Source: Lama glama
Taxonomy: Eukaryota
Assembly (NCBI GenBank): GCA_028534125.1
Contig: CM052818.1
Location: 47,494,001 to 47,558,000, forward strand
Length of the DNA stretch: 64,000 bases
Reading direction: 5' to 3'
Of this stretch, positions 49,113 to 62,550 are shown piece after piece; within the stretch, counting starts at the first letter, position 1; each line of letters begins with the position of its first letter. The notes beneath the pieces are model-generated. The model was not told the origin of the DNA, ran no database searches, and saw only the letters and a list, made by a program, of their open reading frames with translations. A program made the position numbers and the translations under genes.

Positions 49113-51164
49113 AACCTTCACTCCCCTTGCAAGAACGCAGTGATTTGTACTCGCAGGATCTGTGTAACTTAAAGCCTTAATCCCTTAGGACTGGGAACAT
49201 TTTATTTTATGGCTTTATTTTCATCCACTTTTTTTCCTTTTGTTTCTTCAAAAGTGTATTTTAAAGTTGTATTTTAATCTATTTAAAGCTGTTGCTTTAA
49301 AAAAGGAGTTTAAATGTAGGCTGCACCCGGTTCAAACGGCCCCCCGGCCCCTCAGACGGGCAGGATGTCAGTGGCGATGCCAAGAGAAGCAGGCAGCTGC
49401 ACGCACACACACGCCCGCCCAGCCCTGCATCGGAGCCGGAGAGGCAGGAATATCTTCACAGCAGATGGAAAGCGGGGAGATGCAGAGGTGCCCGGGGAGC
49501 CAGGATGCAGCGAAGAGCTTCTCAGGGCTCTGGCGTGCAGGGGAGGGGACAGAAATAGCCAGCAAATCCCTTCTCTGTGGAGAACCACCAGTGAGAAGGC
49601 TCCACAGACAAGTGACAGGAGCAAACAGGACACAGATCTGGGCTTGCAAACTGGACAGGTTGTGGCTCCAGATGGCACAAAGAAGAAAAGGAACCATGAA
49701 TGACAACAACAGTTTTATTCGGTTTGAACATTTACAAAGTTTTCTTTAATGATGACTCCCTTCTGGGACTCCAGCTGCACGGAGTCGAGGGGCAGACTCA
49801 GGAGGGGGGGCCGGCCACGCCAAGAGCTGGCAGTGCGTTACCCTGGGCCCGCAGCTTGGGCTCCAAGCGGGGCGGGAGCTCTTGGTCGTGTTTTCCAAGG
49901 GGCTCAGGTGACAGGCTGTCAGGCGCACAGCCTGGGTTTCTCTCCCTCCAGGTACGAGTGCTTTGAGCGATGGTGACCAGACAGCTGGGCTGGGAGAGTG
50001 CGTCCCGTTCCTCGGTCAGTCACCGCCTTGGGAGGGCAGCCTGGCAGGACCGTGCACGCTGTTGGCTGAGATCCAGAGCGTGCACCGTGCAGAAGGAAGG
50101 GAGTCTGGGCACAGTAATCGTGGATGCTTTCAAAACATCCTTCTGCAAAGACAGAGCCTCCCAGGGTAGCGTCAGCTCCTTCACTGGAGTTCAGTTTGTG
50201 TGTTAAAACATGGGGAATGTGCCACGAAAGAAGCCATACTGGGAATGCGGGGTGGGGAGTCCACGTAACCCGGGCCGGTCACTGCCGTGCACCTCCCCGC
50301 AGGTTAGCAGGGGCGCAGGCACAGGGGTCTGCTCTCCCCAGATCATGTCAAATAAGCTGGAGTCCCGTCAGATTAAATTCCCCAGAAATGGCAGCCGTGT
50401 TCTCCAGGCCAACTGTGGGTGACAGGTTGCCTTTCTGTTGGCAAATGGACTGATGAGGGTTAGAAGCCGTGTCTTCACAAAGGAAACGGAGGCCTTGGAG
50501 GAACAGGAGGCACCAGGATCATGGTGAAGGCAGGGCAGCGTCTGGAACTCAGTTTACCGGCTCCCAGTGTCAGGGCTTTGACTTGAGATCACACCGAGTA
50601 CACATGGTGCTCACGGGCGCATCGCCGCTTCCCAGGAAGGGCTCCAGGCACTGCAACCGACTGAAGGTCCACGTGAGGTCGGAGGGGTTGACACCGAGCC
50701 GCTGATGCTTTTGACGTCCGTCCAGGTTGGACACACTGCACCGTTCGCTGTGTCAAGGTCCTTCTGGTGCTCCCTTGTCTCACAGTGCCCCCACTTTTGC
50801 TCTTGCTTGTGCTAGACTAGCAGCAGTTTGGCCCAAAGCAAACCCTGGCCCACAGTGCAGAGGGAATGGATTGGAACGGACAGGCGGCTTCTCGCCAGGT
50901 TCCTTCTCAACCCCTGGGCACTCGAGAGACAGGGTTCCTGCGTCTACAGGACTGAAGTCCACACACCAGCTGATCCAGTGAGATTCCTGGGGGCTGAGGG
51001 CTCTGCAGACACCCACCCCCACATCACTGCTTCATGCTGAGATGGCCAGGGTTCTCAAGTCACTGCCTTCTATTCATTTTCCACCTCCTTTATGACTTTA
51101 ATGAAAGAAAATGTAAAATTATTTAGGTTGCACATTATGATCATTTCTTGTATTCTTGTATCTA

Positions 51165-51211
51165 ACACACACACACAGACACACACACACACACACAGAC
51201 ACACACACACA
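51165..51211. repeat. Interrupted (CA)n microsatellite
   Basis: Direct reading; two GA interruptions. Confidence 0.95.
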
Positions 51212-52999
51212 TGCTCTAGGTGGCAGGCACACTGCCATATGATTATGATCCAAGGATGAAAAAGACAAAGACCCCTGCCTTCAAAAAATCATGTAAGTCA
51301 GTACAGAGAAACGGCATGAAACAGATCACTACAATGCCATTTATCAGGCAAAATAAGCTTGAAAGCGGGAGCAGGGACTTTCCCAGGAGAAGAAGGAATG
51401 GTCAGGGGAAGAACACTGCAGCCAGGGGGGAAGTGGCCAAACACACTGGCCGGTCTTGCCCTGCAGGTCCCTGGTGCTGGGGCTGTGCTGTGGGCTGGGT
51501 GTGGGCTGAGAAATCCGCAGTGAGCCTCAGAGCTTCCTTAACCAGCTCCATGAGGTCTGCGTTTCTGCAGGAAGGCAGACAGGGAAGCACTTCTGGGCTC
51601 TTTCCAGCTTGGAGGCATAACAAATTGTGACCATCCCTGGCCTGCACCTAGGATCACAGGGCTAGAACGCACCTGCAATCATTCCATCTGAGTCCAGTCT
51701 CCACGTGACTTCCCAGCGTGGGGAATGGTTTGCCCAAGCTGATTAGCTGGTCAGTGGCAGAGCTGAGACAGGATCTGGACTCCTTCCCAAGGCTTGTTCC
51801 TTAGGGACTGTATGCATTTGATGGGCCCCAGCGCCGTGACTTCAGCGTGTTCACATTTAGCGGACTCCCTCTGACAACTCTTGTCGCAGCGCGTGAATGC
51901 CGACTGCGTTCTTCTCGGCTTCTCCGGTGCACTCTTAGCTGGTCAAGGCAGGGATGGTGGCTTACTCGTCATCATATGCTCAGTGCTCAGTGCAGCGTCC
52001 AGACCAGAAGAGATGTCCAATGAAGAGTGGGAGAATGAATAAAGCATCAAATGGTGTGTTTGCAAAACTGAGAACGCTGTCGCTTCATCTTAGAAACTGT
52101 CTAGAAGGTGAAATCCTCATTATCACCTGGATCATTTCCAGCAGAAAGGACTCCCAAGGCGCCAAGGTGTTTTGTGATTGCAGTTGCCACGTTTACACGA
52201 TTTCCTCTCTGACTTCCGGGGCCTCTCTCTTCTGCGTTTGTGTTTGTCTTTGTGTGTGTTGTCTTCCTTGTGTTTTGTGTACGCCTTCCACTTCCTCCTG
52301 CTTCATTAACTGACTTCTCTCTGAGTTCGGCCACAAGCTGCTGCCACGTGGAATGCCTTGGAAAGCATTCATCACGCCCCTCCTTTAGCTTGAGTCCCTG
52401 TCTGTATGAAACCACAGAGCCCTGTTTCTCCTCAGAACCTGTAAGACATACACTGTTTTCACCTCCAATTGTCTTCGCTGCTTCGCATACGTACACCGTT
52501 CGTTAATCAGCTGGGATGTTTACTCCATCATAATAAATGGAGGCTGCAGTCACTGATTGTAGCCATTGGGTTCATAGCAAAGAGTTAAAACATTGTTACA
52601 GGTTAGTGACTCACACAGGTGAGTCTGAAGATTATAAGGGCCCCCAAGGGAGGCTCATGGGGGGGCTTCTGGGTGTCATACGACCCTGTCCTTGACCATC
52701 CTGCTACCAAGAAATCTAAGAGCTGAAGAACCAAACTGAATTTCTAAATGGTTCGCATCTTGGTTAGGATTTCTGACCCTCTGATTTTACCAGGAACTCC
52801 TGCTGTCTCCCTTGCTGCCCAGAATTGGATTCCCTAAGGGATGGACGGAGAGACACAAGGCAAAAAGGATTGTTTCTCATTTCAGGGTGACTCTGTGGCA
52901 ATGTGTATGCACTGAGTCCTTGTCAACCTTTGTGAGGCACCAGGTTCCAGTGGTGAGAGTGCCTTGTAAGCACTATGCGGGCGGAGGCTTGCCCAAGAC

Positions 53000-53490
53000 A
53001 CAGTGGGAGCAGAGAGCAAGGGAGCTCAGTCAATCGAAAGAACTAGGGAAGCCTGCCCTGGGGCAGGCTGGTGTGTGTGTGTGGTGGGGGCGGTGCTTAG
53101 CTGAGCCTTGAAGGGAAAAACTGAGCTGCTTCTGTCTGAAGGGGAATTGCACACTGCAAGCAGGGTGGCAGGTGCCGTGGGCTGGACCTATGGGCAAGGA
53201 CGGCGTGTTCTGGGAAAACCAAGCAGCTCTGTTTTTCTGGGCAATAAAGGCCATGGGTGGTGGGGTAAAGATGGGGCAGGCAGGTAGGAAAGGCACACCT
53301 GGAACCTTGCTTGGCATATTCAGGAGCCTGAATTTTATTCTGAAGGCTATGAATGGCACTGAGAAGATTCATGCAGGGGAGGAAGGCATTCAGGTCTGTG
53401 AGTCAGGAAATACAACCAGGCACCTGTGTAGATGGTGGATTAGAAGGCTCCAGAGGCAAGCAGACACCATTTGGAGTCGGGGAAGGGAGC
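53000..53490 (-). mobile_element. L2 LINE fragment
   Basis: ctgagccttgaaggg...aggagcctgaattttattctgaaggctatgaatggcactgagaagatt is antisense L2. Confidence 0.65.
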
Positions 53491-53689
53491 AGCGTCTCCT
53501 GAGAATAGGGACCCCTCCAGACAGCTCAGACTCTACTGGTACCCCTTTCAGAGTCTACAGACAATTTTCAGGTTTATTTATTGAATATCTTTTGTTCATT
53601 GATTTTTTCTGTTTATTTTGTTTGTTTGTTTCACTCATCTATTTGCATATTCCTGCACACAAACTATTTTTACAAGGTACTCTTTCTGT

Positions 53690-54861
53690 ATTTGAGAATA
53701 AGTTCTTTCCATTGACCTAACTCTTCTTCCATATTTTGTACTATTTCTACAATTTATTTTACAACAAAATTATTTTTTATTATATTTATTCCTCAATATT
53801 TCACCTTGGCCCTTTCTCATAGTTTATTACTGTGGTAGGGAAATGCCTTTGACCTTTATATGGTTTTTAAATCCAGCAATATTTCTGAGCTCTCATAATA
53901 ATGGAAATGATTTATGTATAAACAGTTCTGTGTGTTTATAGAAAGTCATACCATGAGCAAATAATGACAATTTTGTTTTTGAATTTCCAGTTCATTTTTT
54001 TTCTTGTCATATTCCTCTGGCCAGGACATCCAATATAATGTTGAATAGAAGTGTGAGTGGGCACTCTTGTCTTTTTCTGAGATCAGAGTGAATAACTTTT
54101 TCCACTTAGTAAAATACTCTTAATATATTAAGAATGCTCCTCTCTCTTCTAATTTTGCTAACTAGTTTAATCATAAGTGGGTGGCAAATGTTAAGAAAAT
54201 TTTCTACATGTGTTTAGATTACTTTTCTTCATAAAAGTATTAATATTGTAAGCTGCAGTAGTAGTTTTTAAGTGTTGAGTTAAAACATGAATTCCTGGAA
54301 TAAATCCAACTTATTTATCATATTTATCTTTCTATATATTACTATTGATTTGTTAAATCTCACTTTAGATTATTTTTTTCCTATTGACTTTTAATATTTT
54401 TTCTGTGTGCTGGCTTTATCTGATTTTGGTGTGAAAATTATCCTGTCTTGAAAAAAAAATGAGTAGAAAAATATTTTCATATCTTCAAATCTCTCGAAAG
54501 TTCATCTATAATTAGAACTATTCATTCTTAGGATATTAGCAATTGCTTTAGAATCTATGTCTGGTGTTTCATTCGTGGAAATGTTTTTATCTAATAGTTC
54601 ATTCCCTTGAATGGTTTTAAAACTGTTTGTTTTCTCTATTTCTTATTAAGTCTGATTTGGAAAGTTACCTTTTCTGAAAGGTTTTCCATTTTGTTTGTTT
54701 TGTCTAAATTTACTGGTATAAGGTGATCACAATGTTCTCTTATGATTTTAATCTCTATTATCTATTTAGCAATATCCTCCAATTCCTCAATAATCTTTTT
54801 TTTTTGCAGCTCTTCTTTTCTGTTTTTTTAAAATTATTTATTTGGCGGTAGGTAATTAGGT

Positions 54862-54909
<48 letters not shown>

Positions 54910-55350
54910 ATGGATGTATTAGGGATTGAACCCAGGACCTTGTGAATACTAAGCACTCACTCTACCACTGACCTATACCCCCCCTAATTCTTCAGTATTC
55001 TAAATCCTCAATATTCCTAATATTTGATCATATTTTCTCTCTTTTTTCCTATTAATTCATATAGAGATTCATCAATTTAATTGTCAGATTCAAGAAATTG
55101 TAACATTATTGGTGCATCTATATATCTTTTTTTCTCTTACATTCATTTCTGGTCATTTCTTTATTATGTTTTTCCTTCCACTTTCTTATTTTTTAATGCC
55201 AAGTTATCTTTAAAATATAATTATTTAATTCTGTATCTTTTTGTCTGAAAACACTAAGATAAATCTCTATTTGAGATGTTTTATTTTTGTCATGATGCAG
55301 TCAGTTCTTATTTTTCTTATAATTTATGATTTCATCTTTAACCTGTGAGC
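53690..55350 (-). mobile_element. Old L1 (L1M) ORF2 fragment, antisense
   Basis: ctggccaggacatccaatataatgttgaatagaagtg...gggcactcttgtctt; attcctggaataaatccaactt; tctgattttggt; T-rich. Confidence 0.8.
54796..54984 (-). mobile_element. tRNA-derived camelid SINE (Vic-1-like)
   Basis: Minus strand reads ggggggtataggtcagtggtagag (A box)...ggtcctgggttcaatccc (B box)...(taaa)n cctaattacc...A tail. Imperfect TSD aattc(c/t)tca(a/g)ta(a/t)tc at 54781-54795 and 54986-55000. Confidence 0.88.
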
Positions 55351-57040
55351 TGGTATAATATTGGATAACTTTGGCAACTCTTATTCCCCAAACTTAAAAA
55401 TAGACAATAAAACATGTCTCATTGTTACACATATTTTATATCCCAAACAAATGAAAAAGGAATATATGTAGGACAAAAGCAATGTTTCAGCTCAACTACT
55501 GGCACAAAATCAATGACACTGAAAGCACGTATGTATATAGAAGACTCATGCCATGTCCCACCTTTTGAAACATTAGGTAATTTCTAGGTCAACGCATGAC
55601 GCGTGGCCTGTCAGTGATAAAGTGAGGTCCTGCACTCGGATGTTTTCATTTCAATTCCTACTCTTCCTCAACAGCTACTTCACTCCTTATTCCATACTTC
55701 TGACCCCATTTGGATGGGGCCCCATAACAATATTGTTCTGATATTCCTAATGGCTCATTATCTTCCTTTAGACGGATTTTTGCTATACTATTTTATTATA
55801 CACAACAAATAATATTTCAGTTTGATTTTGCAATAATATCTTGCCACTGTAAATAGTAAGGCCGAACCATTGGCTTGCATCTCATTCTACCTAATGCTAA
55901 TTCCTATGACACACATTTCTTTCTCCACAGTATTTCTCACACCACAGCCTACTGACCATAAGATTAAGACAGTCTCTTCCTTTGACATTATGACTTCCAC
56001 CTCCTTTTCTATATCACATTACTGAATTGATTATTTCTTTCAACATTTAAATGAATTTATTCTTTCAATTTCTCCAGCTATATAGGAATGACAAGTTAAA
56101 AAAAAAGTTTTGCTGGAATCAGGGTGGCATATAGAAAAAAAGCTGGAAATATTGATAGATTGGGTTTTCACACTCTATGTCACTTTTCTCCTCATAATCA
56201 ATTCCCAATTGGTGTCATGTTGCCACATACACTACGGAGGTGCCAATATTTTTCTTTCACGTCTTAGAGGAAGATCTTCTCCTACGGTTTAGGTTAGACA
56301 CAGACACCAATCTCACATTCTTGGATATTTTTAGAAAGTTGTATGTAAAATCTTTCTATTTTCACTTTTCTCATCTTACATGTCATGAGTGCAAAATTGG
56401 ATAAACTTTTGTTGGCACTGAACTTGAATTATTTCTTTTCTCTATTTCCAATCTGGGATCTGCACATACACACTCGATAAGACCCTGTATAAAATTCCTG
56501 TCATTCATTGTTCAAAATGATAGTTAAGTGTAGATTTTCCGTAAGAGCTTTGGGGACTATTTTATTGTGTTTTCCTTAAATGTTACCAGAAGTAATCATT
56601 ACTCATTGCAAAACCTTAATCCACTACACTGAGCAAGACATAGGAATAAGAACGCTGTTAGCATTTAAGGTATCCTTACTTTGGATTCATACAAATTCAG
56701 AGGTTTTGTTTACTCAAATTCAGTTTAAAGCTACTCATAATTCATAGAATGAAACCTAATAAGTTTAAGAGGAGCTAAATACATATTTGACCAGAAAGGG
56801 AAATCTTAAGTTCTGCCTCTGAAATCTCTCTTTGTTAAGAATCTGCAATCAAAGCTTCCCAAAGTCCATTTCTAATATCTTGATATAAATAACTTCATTG
56901 CTCCACTTTCTCTTAATTTTACTAATCATACCATTCAAATTTACTAACAGCTGTTTATTATTCCAAGATTATAACCAAGCAGAAGCTTACCTAAAACATT
57001 AAGGTCAAATCTCTGAAGGTCAAATCAGCTCCAGCAATGA

Positions 57041-57060
57041 CTGGACCATCTGGTGGCAGA
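57041..57060 (-). promoter_or_regulatory. CTCF-like motif
   Basis: Reverse strand reads TCTGCCACCAGATGGTCCAG. Confidence 0.4.
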
Positions 57061-58104
57061 ATTTTCTGCTTCAAAGTGCATGCAAAGAACAAAGAGCCTG
57101 CTTTGCTCATAGGAGATAATCCCAGGGTTACCAATTCAAAGCTATATGATTTAAGCCAAGTTTTGCAAATTGTGTAAGTCAATTTCCTCCAATCTGGGCC
57201 ACTACCCCCAGAGTTACTGTAAGGAATATGAATATAAATACAGCATTGAAAGTGCTAAACAGAGTGCATGGTACACAGTGGTCAACAAATTCTTACGAAA
57301 TAAGGAAACAAGGGATGAATGAACGGCATGCTTGTATATACGATCTTTCCCTCTTGTGTCAACTTATGACTTCCCCAGGAGCCCTCATAGGCCCATTAAG
57401 CTACTGTTGGACCAAGCACCAGTAACCAGAATTTATAGAATGCCTCATTGCTTAGAAAATCTGGTCGAATCCTCACTCTCCACAAACAGATAGAGGTTAA
57501 GGTGGATTTAGTTTCATGCTTTGCAAACTTGTTGCGATAACTTTATTGAGAAGTCTGGGGGTGGGAAGTGGAAACGTTGAGTTCCCGATATATACGTGCG
57601 TTATTTTTAAATTATATGGAAGGCCGACAGAGCTTTCCCTTATAATTATTTTCATAACTTCTTGCACTATAGATTCTGTTCTTTATAGATGGGTAATTTA
57701 AAATCCAATTATCGCTCATATACATCAAAATAACACATTTGATATTTATATTTATCACAGATCTGCCATTTAACACCTCCATATTATGCTCTGCTTTCCT
57801 GCCATGATCACATTCCAAAATACACTCTACAGTCCAACTTTTTTTTCTTTCTTATCATGGCTATGACATTCATATTGGAAAACATGTGTGTTCGATAAAA
57901 TGCCAGTTATCTGTAGCGTCTAGCTTTATCTTCACGGCCTAGGGTATAGAAGGTGCTTAACACATATCCTCTCTGCTGTTTTTATTATTCTTATAGCAGC
58001 ATTTACAACATGACACTCAATAATTGAAGAGCTGCCCCTGATTAACTGACTGATGTTGCTTAACTATTGTTTGTTCATTGGTACCAAAAAAGAAAGAATA
58101 AGGT

Positions 58105-58365
58105 AAAAAGGGGAAAAGGAAGGAAAGAAGGAAGGAAGGAAGGAAAGAAAGAAAGAAACAAAGAGAAAGAAAGAAAGTTAGAAAGGAAGGAAGGAAGGAA
58201 GGAAAGAAAAAGAAAAGAAGGAAGAGAAAGAAGGCAAGAAAGACGAAAGAAAGAAAAGAAAGAGAAAGAAAGAAAGAGGGAGGGAGGAAGGAAGGAAGGA
58301 TGGAAGGAAGGAGAGAAGGAGGGAAAGAAGGAGGGAAGGAAGGAGGGAAGGAAGGAAGAAAGAGG
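58105..58365 (+). repeat. (GGAA)n/(GAAA)n polypurine tract
   Basis: About 260 bp, almost entirely A/G. Confidence 0.95.
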
Positions 58366-60869
58366 TTCTTCTCCAGAACTATCTTCAGTAGCTAGTTAGG
58401 TACTTATCCAAAAGACTCCATGTGATTAGATGCTCCCACGTGAAGCCCATTGTACTGGGTGAGAGGTGTGGGCAATCCTCTGAGTTGTCAGGGCTCACAA
58501 CCCTGTTTAGTCACATTTGATTTAGAACGTGTTGGTTTGGTTTTGCAACACCATTCCTGCCAGAAGTGCTGCACGTTCTTACAACAGATGCAAGAACGCT
58601 GCGTGTGTGTGATGGCTTGGAGACTGCCACAACCTCGTTTGGAATAACTGAATTTCAGACCAAACCTAGGCTCATAGGCAGCCCAGGACTCTGTTTTTGA
58701 GCTCATGTGTGTCTCCATGTCACGTGGGGATTCAGAAGCCATGAGGTACAACCAGAGGGCAGGCTTGGTTTGGATTTGTTACCTGCACTGCTTTTCAGAG
58801 ACCAGTACTTAACTAGTCTTGATAAAAGTAATCTCTTATTTAGCTCTTAAATCTCCAATATACTCTCACAGATACTGTCTTCTGGTTTTTCTTAAAGTTC
58901 AAGACTTGTCCTGTGATCAGCTTTCAACCAAAATCTGTGACTTTCAGAACCAGGGATGTTCACCTTTAAGATGTAACTTGACTAGTGATCCAAAGATCAA
59001 CATGACAGCAAAAATAAGTCTTATAAAAGACTAAATCAAAATCTCTGTAAATGCACACATCCCATATCCCTGAATAGCTGTCATGTTCAATCCTGTCTAG
59101 AGAGGAAAGATACATTGTTAACTGACAGTACCTTTATTTAAAAAAAAAAATGAGCCTTAACAAAAACTGTTAATTTTCTTTCTAAATGGTCCCTTAACTC
59201 TGCAAGCATCCTTTTAAAAATCATTGCCTGTTTCAAGACACAGGACTATGGTCCTAATAACCTTCCTTTGGGCAGACTCAACCGCTACTACCCAGTGACA
59301 GACGACGGGTTCTACACCTGCGTCTGAAGAGTTTTCAGAGGGTCTCAGGGCACTCTCAGGCTGAGGCTACTAGATTCACCTGAGATCTGGGAAACAGAAG
59401 ACTAGCGTTTTCCCCAGGCTCTGTTGTTTCAAAGCACCGTCATTTGAAGTAAGTTGTGGAAGGTCCCTGACCCTCTGTTTCTTGTATCAGTAAAATGAAG
59501 ACCATGGTGTCTCCCATGCCTGTGTCACAACTTGGAGATTGCGAGCTGCTACATTCGGAGACCCTTTGTCTGTACTTCTGTGGATTCCAAAGGAAGGAGA
59601 TTGCCAAGAACCCGACATATATAAGCAGGAGGAAGGTATATGTGCGCGACGCAATGTGTATTTATATATTCTATATGCATATGTATATCCAGGCACACAT
59701 ATATCCGGCAAAATTAATTTTTCAGAATGTTCCATAAAATTCTGTTCCTTTCTGCTCTTTTCATCTTTTAATTCTGTCCGGAGCTCGGTCCCTCCGCAAC
59801 TGATAAATCACCCACATTAATCTGTCTTCCACCTCCTCCCTTGAGATCGTTGCCTCAGCCACAATAAGCTCGGAATGTATGCCTGTGCACATGGCGTCCC
59901 GAATTATAACCTCCCCAGTCTCAGGATTGTTTTCAAAGGACTAAAATTGCCGTGCTCATAAAAACAAAACAAAACAAAAATGGCAACCTTGTTTGCCTTG
60001 CCAGTCTGTCAGAGCTTGAAAAACAAACTTCATCCCAGAAAGACAAACACACACACAGCAAACACGGGGAAGGAGCTGCTGACAGCCGAGAGAGTCTCCA
60101 GGCTGAGGGACAATAGAACAGAACACAGCCCGGCAGGGTGGTCCTGCAAACAAGGTCCAAACCCCTGCTGTGGACCTGACGGGCTTGGAGGGAGAACTTG
60201 CCCCTTTGCCCACCCCCTCCTCCAAGCACCCAGACACCCCCCATCATCTTGCTGGTTGAAAGGCCTTGGTGGCTCTGGGTTAAGTGGACGCTTATTCACC
60301 TGGACTGACTCCCTCCGGTATGCCACGCCCGGCCCATAAATACACAGATCCAAACACACACTGAAATCCCCATTTCCCAAATCATTGTGGGAATGAATCA
60401 AAGCCAATCAACTGCATATTTCCTGGAAGGCTTCGTTTTACAACCCCTGATGAGATACAAAATAAAAAAGGCGACTTTGGCAGGTTTCTGTAATAACAGT
60501 TTATATTAATATTCTACAGGAATCCTTTCTTCCAAGGAATCTAAAGTACTTGCGAGGAGTTTGGATTCTGCCTCAGCTCTGGTTCCAGCAGGAATAAATG
60601 GCAGCGCTTGGCAGCCTCGGTGCAAACCTTAGCGACGTCTCCAGGGATGTGAGCGCTGAGCCGCACACGTTACACGTTGCCGGCTGCGTTCTCACTCACT
60701 GTCTGTCGGAGCGTAGCAGCTGCTGGTCCCAAGGGGGTCAGGGCAGATCTATCTCCAGGCGAGGGGTGAAGTCAGTCTCCGTGCAAATAAGTTATTTTGT
60801 GGCAGTGGACTTTGCACATCCTGGAGATTCCCATTAATGAAACTTCTCTATTTGACAAGGGCCTTACCA

Positions 60870-61050
60870 GGCCCCTTCCCTGTGTCATGCAATGCTCAAC
60901 GCAGTCCCCTGAGGTCAGTGGTTATCATCATGGCCGTTGTTCGTGTGAGAAGTAAAGACCCAGGGTCCAACTTGTCCAGTGACACGGCCTGTCAGTGGTG
61001 GAGTCAGATGTGGACTCAGGCATCTCTGGTTCCAAGGCCCTTGCCTCGCT
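60870..61050 (-). mobile_element. MIR SINE
   Basis: aatgctcaacgcagtcccctgaggtcagtggttatcatc...aacttgtccagtgacacggc...gtggtggagtcagatgtggactcagg. Confidence 0.65.
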
Positions 61051-61419
61051 GCTCCACTGTATGGATGCAGACTGGTCCCAGAGATGGCATGACTGTCCAC
61101 TCCACTAGGCCAAAGGAATGGGGCGGAGGATTGTTGGAGTTCCCCATTTCCTAGCTGCTCCCAATTATTCAAGTTTCCCGGTCCCAGCCCCTTACTCCAT
61201 CAGTGCAAGTCCCTGTGTCCCATTCATTCTAAGGTGCCCTATGGGGCGGGTCCTCTTGCACACCTGTATCTCGGGATCCTCAGCACCAGATTCAGACCGC
61301 TTGGAGAATGCAGTGTCTCCCTAGATTGCGCAGTTCTCTCTTTGATTCTTTATTTGATTTTTCAATTAACAAACACACATTCAGCTCTTTTCGCATGCTA
61401 ATCTAGGGTGCAGACCAGA

Positions 61420-61630
61420 TAGACCAGTTGCCTCATTTTCCTCAGGTGCAAAATTTAAAAAGATGCCAAAAACCAGTTACTGGTATTAGTATTAATATTC
61501 TAATGTAATATCTTTTAAAAGTTAAAATGTATGCAAAAATTATAATAACAAAAACATTTAAAATAAAGCCGGGATCAGCATTAACAACAGTTCCTTTAGC
61601 CTCGGGCTCCAGTTAGCTCTCTAGGCACTG
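61420..61630. mobile_element. Possible hAT-Tip100-type DNA transposon remnant
   Basis: caggtgcaaaatttaaaaagatgccaaaa...tttagcctcgggctccag...ggcactg resembles recalled hAT MITE termini; family not resolved. Confidence 0.35.
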
Positions 61631-62429
61631 GGCACCCAGAGACCACACCCCGCCCCCCGCCCCAAGGGTGAGGACTTAGAAATCGGATTCTAGTATGCGA
61701 TGTGAATACTATCAGGTTCCTCACCTTCAAGTTGGAAAGTGCAACTTCTACTTCAAAAGAAAAGTGCTAGAAAGTTATTGGACTGGACTGAGTTGAATAG
61801 ATTGGCTTAAATTTAATTTTCTTGGTGTTGAGCTGAAGGGGATTTGGCCTGAGTGCACTTTTACAGAATATAGTCTCATGTTTTCACAACAGCCGGGTGG
61901 TGACCATTAATCACAGTAGCCACACGCAGCGCGGCGGACTTAAGCCGTGGTAAACCTGCCTGTGGCGACCAAACCTCCGTGCGGGTGAGAATCCTACTGC
62001 TCACCTGCAGTCAGCTGCCCCCTGTGGACTGGGGTGTCAAGGGTTACTGAGACACTCACACAAAACGTGTTACCATCACTCATTCAGTTCATGCCCTCTT
62101 CTGGTCAACAGCGATACAAATGAGACAGAGACGAGCTGAAGGGCTGTGACTGCCAGTGGGCGATGGTGTTAAGGGGCGGGGAAGGAAGATCCTTCACGGG
62201 GGATGTAGAGATAAGGACTCATAGCCAGGAACCAGGTCCCCTTTCCTGGTTTCCAAATCGCTCACATCAGCCTCGATGTGTGTGGCGTGCGTTCAGATAA
62301 GCCTTCCCAAGTCCATTCTGCAAAGACATGGGTTGTAACTTAGCAAATATCAGATCATCAAAGGAAATTCACTGCACTCACAAATGCCATTACTTCATCG
62401 TAGAAGGACAAAGGAAAATATGCAGGCGG

Positions 62430-62550
62430 GATGTCATTACTGCTTAATTTTACAGGTGAGGAAAAGGCGTCCAGGTAATTACATGGCGCATTCCAAATCA
62501 TCGCCCTTTGAGAGAAAAACCAAATTATGGTCTCAACTCCACCGCTGGGT
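62430..62550 (-). mobile_element. MIR SINE core
   Basis: attttacaggtgaggaaaaggcgtccaggtaattac. Confidence 0.55.

Noticed and set aside
53172..53720. 182-aa ORF, the longest without N
   Set aside because: GTG start, lies largely in an antisense L2 and runs into T-rich sequence; no recognisable domain
54910..54984. tRNA gene
   Set aside because: The tRNA-like A/B boxes are followed by a SINE body, A tail and TSD, so it is a SINE head
58067..58399. Lys/Arg/Glu-rich 110-aa ORF
   Set aside because: Translation of the GGAA/GAAA tract, which has almost no T and so lacks stop codons
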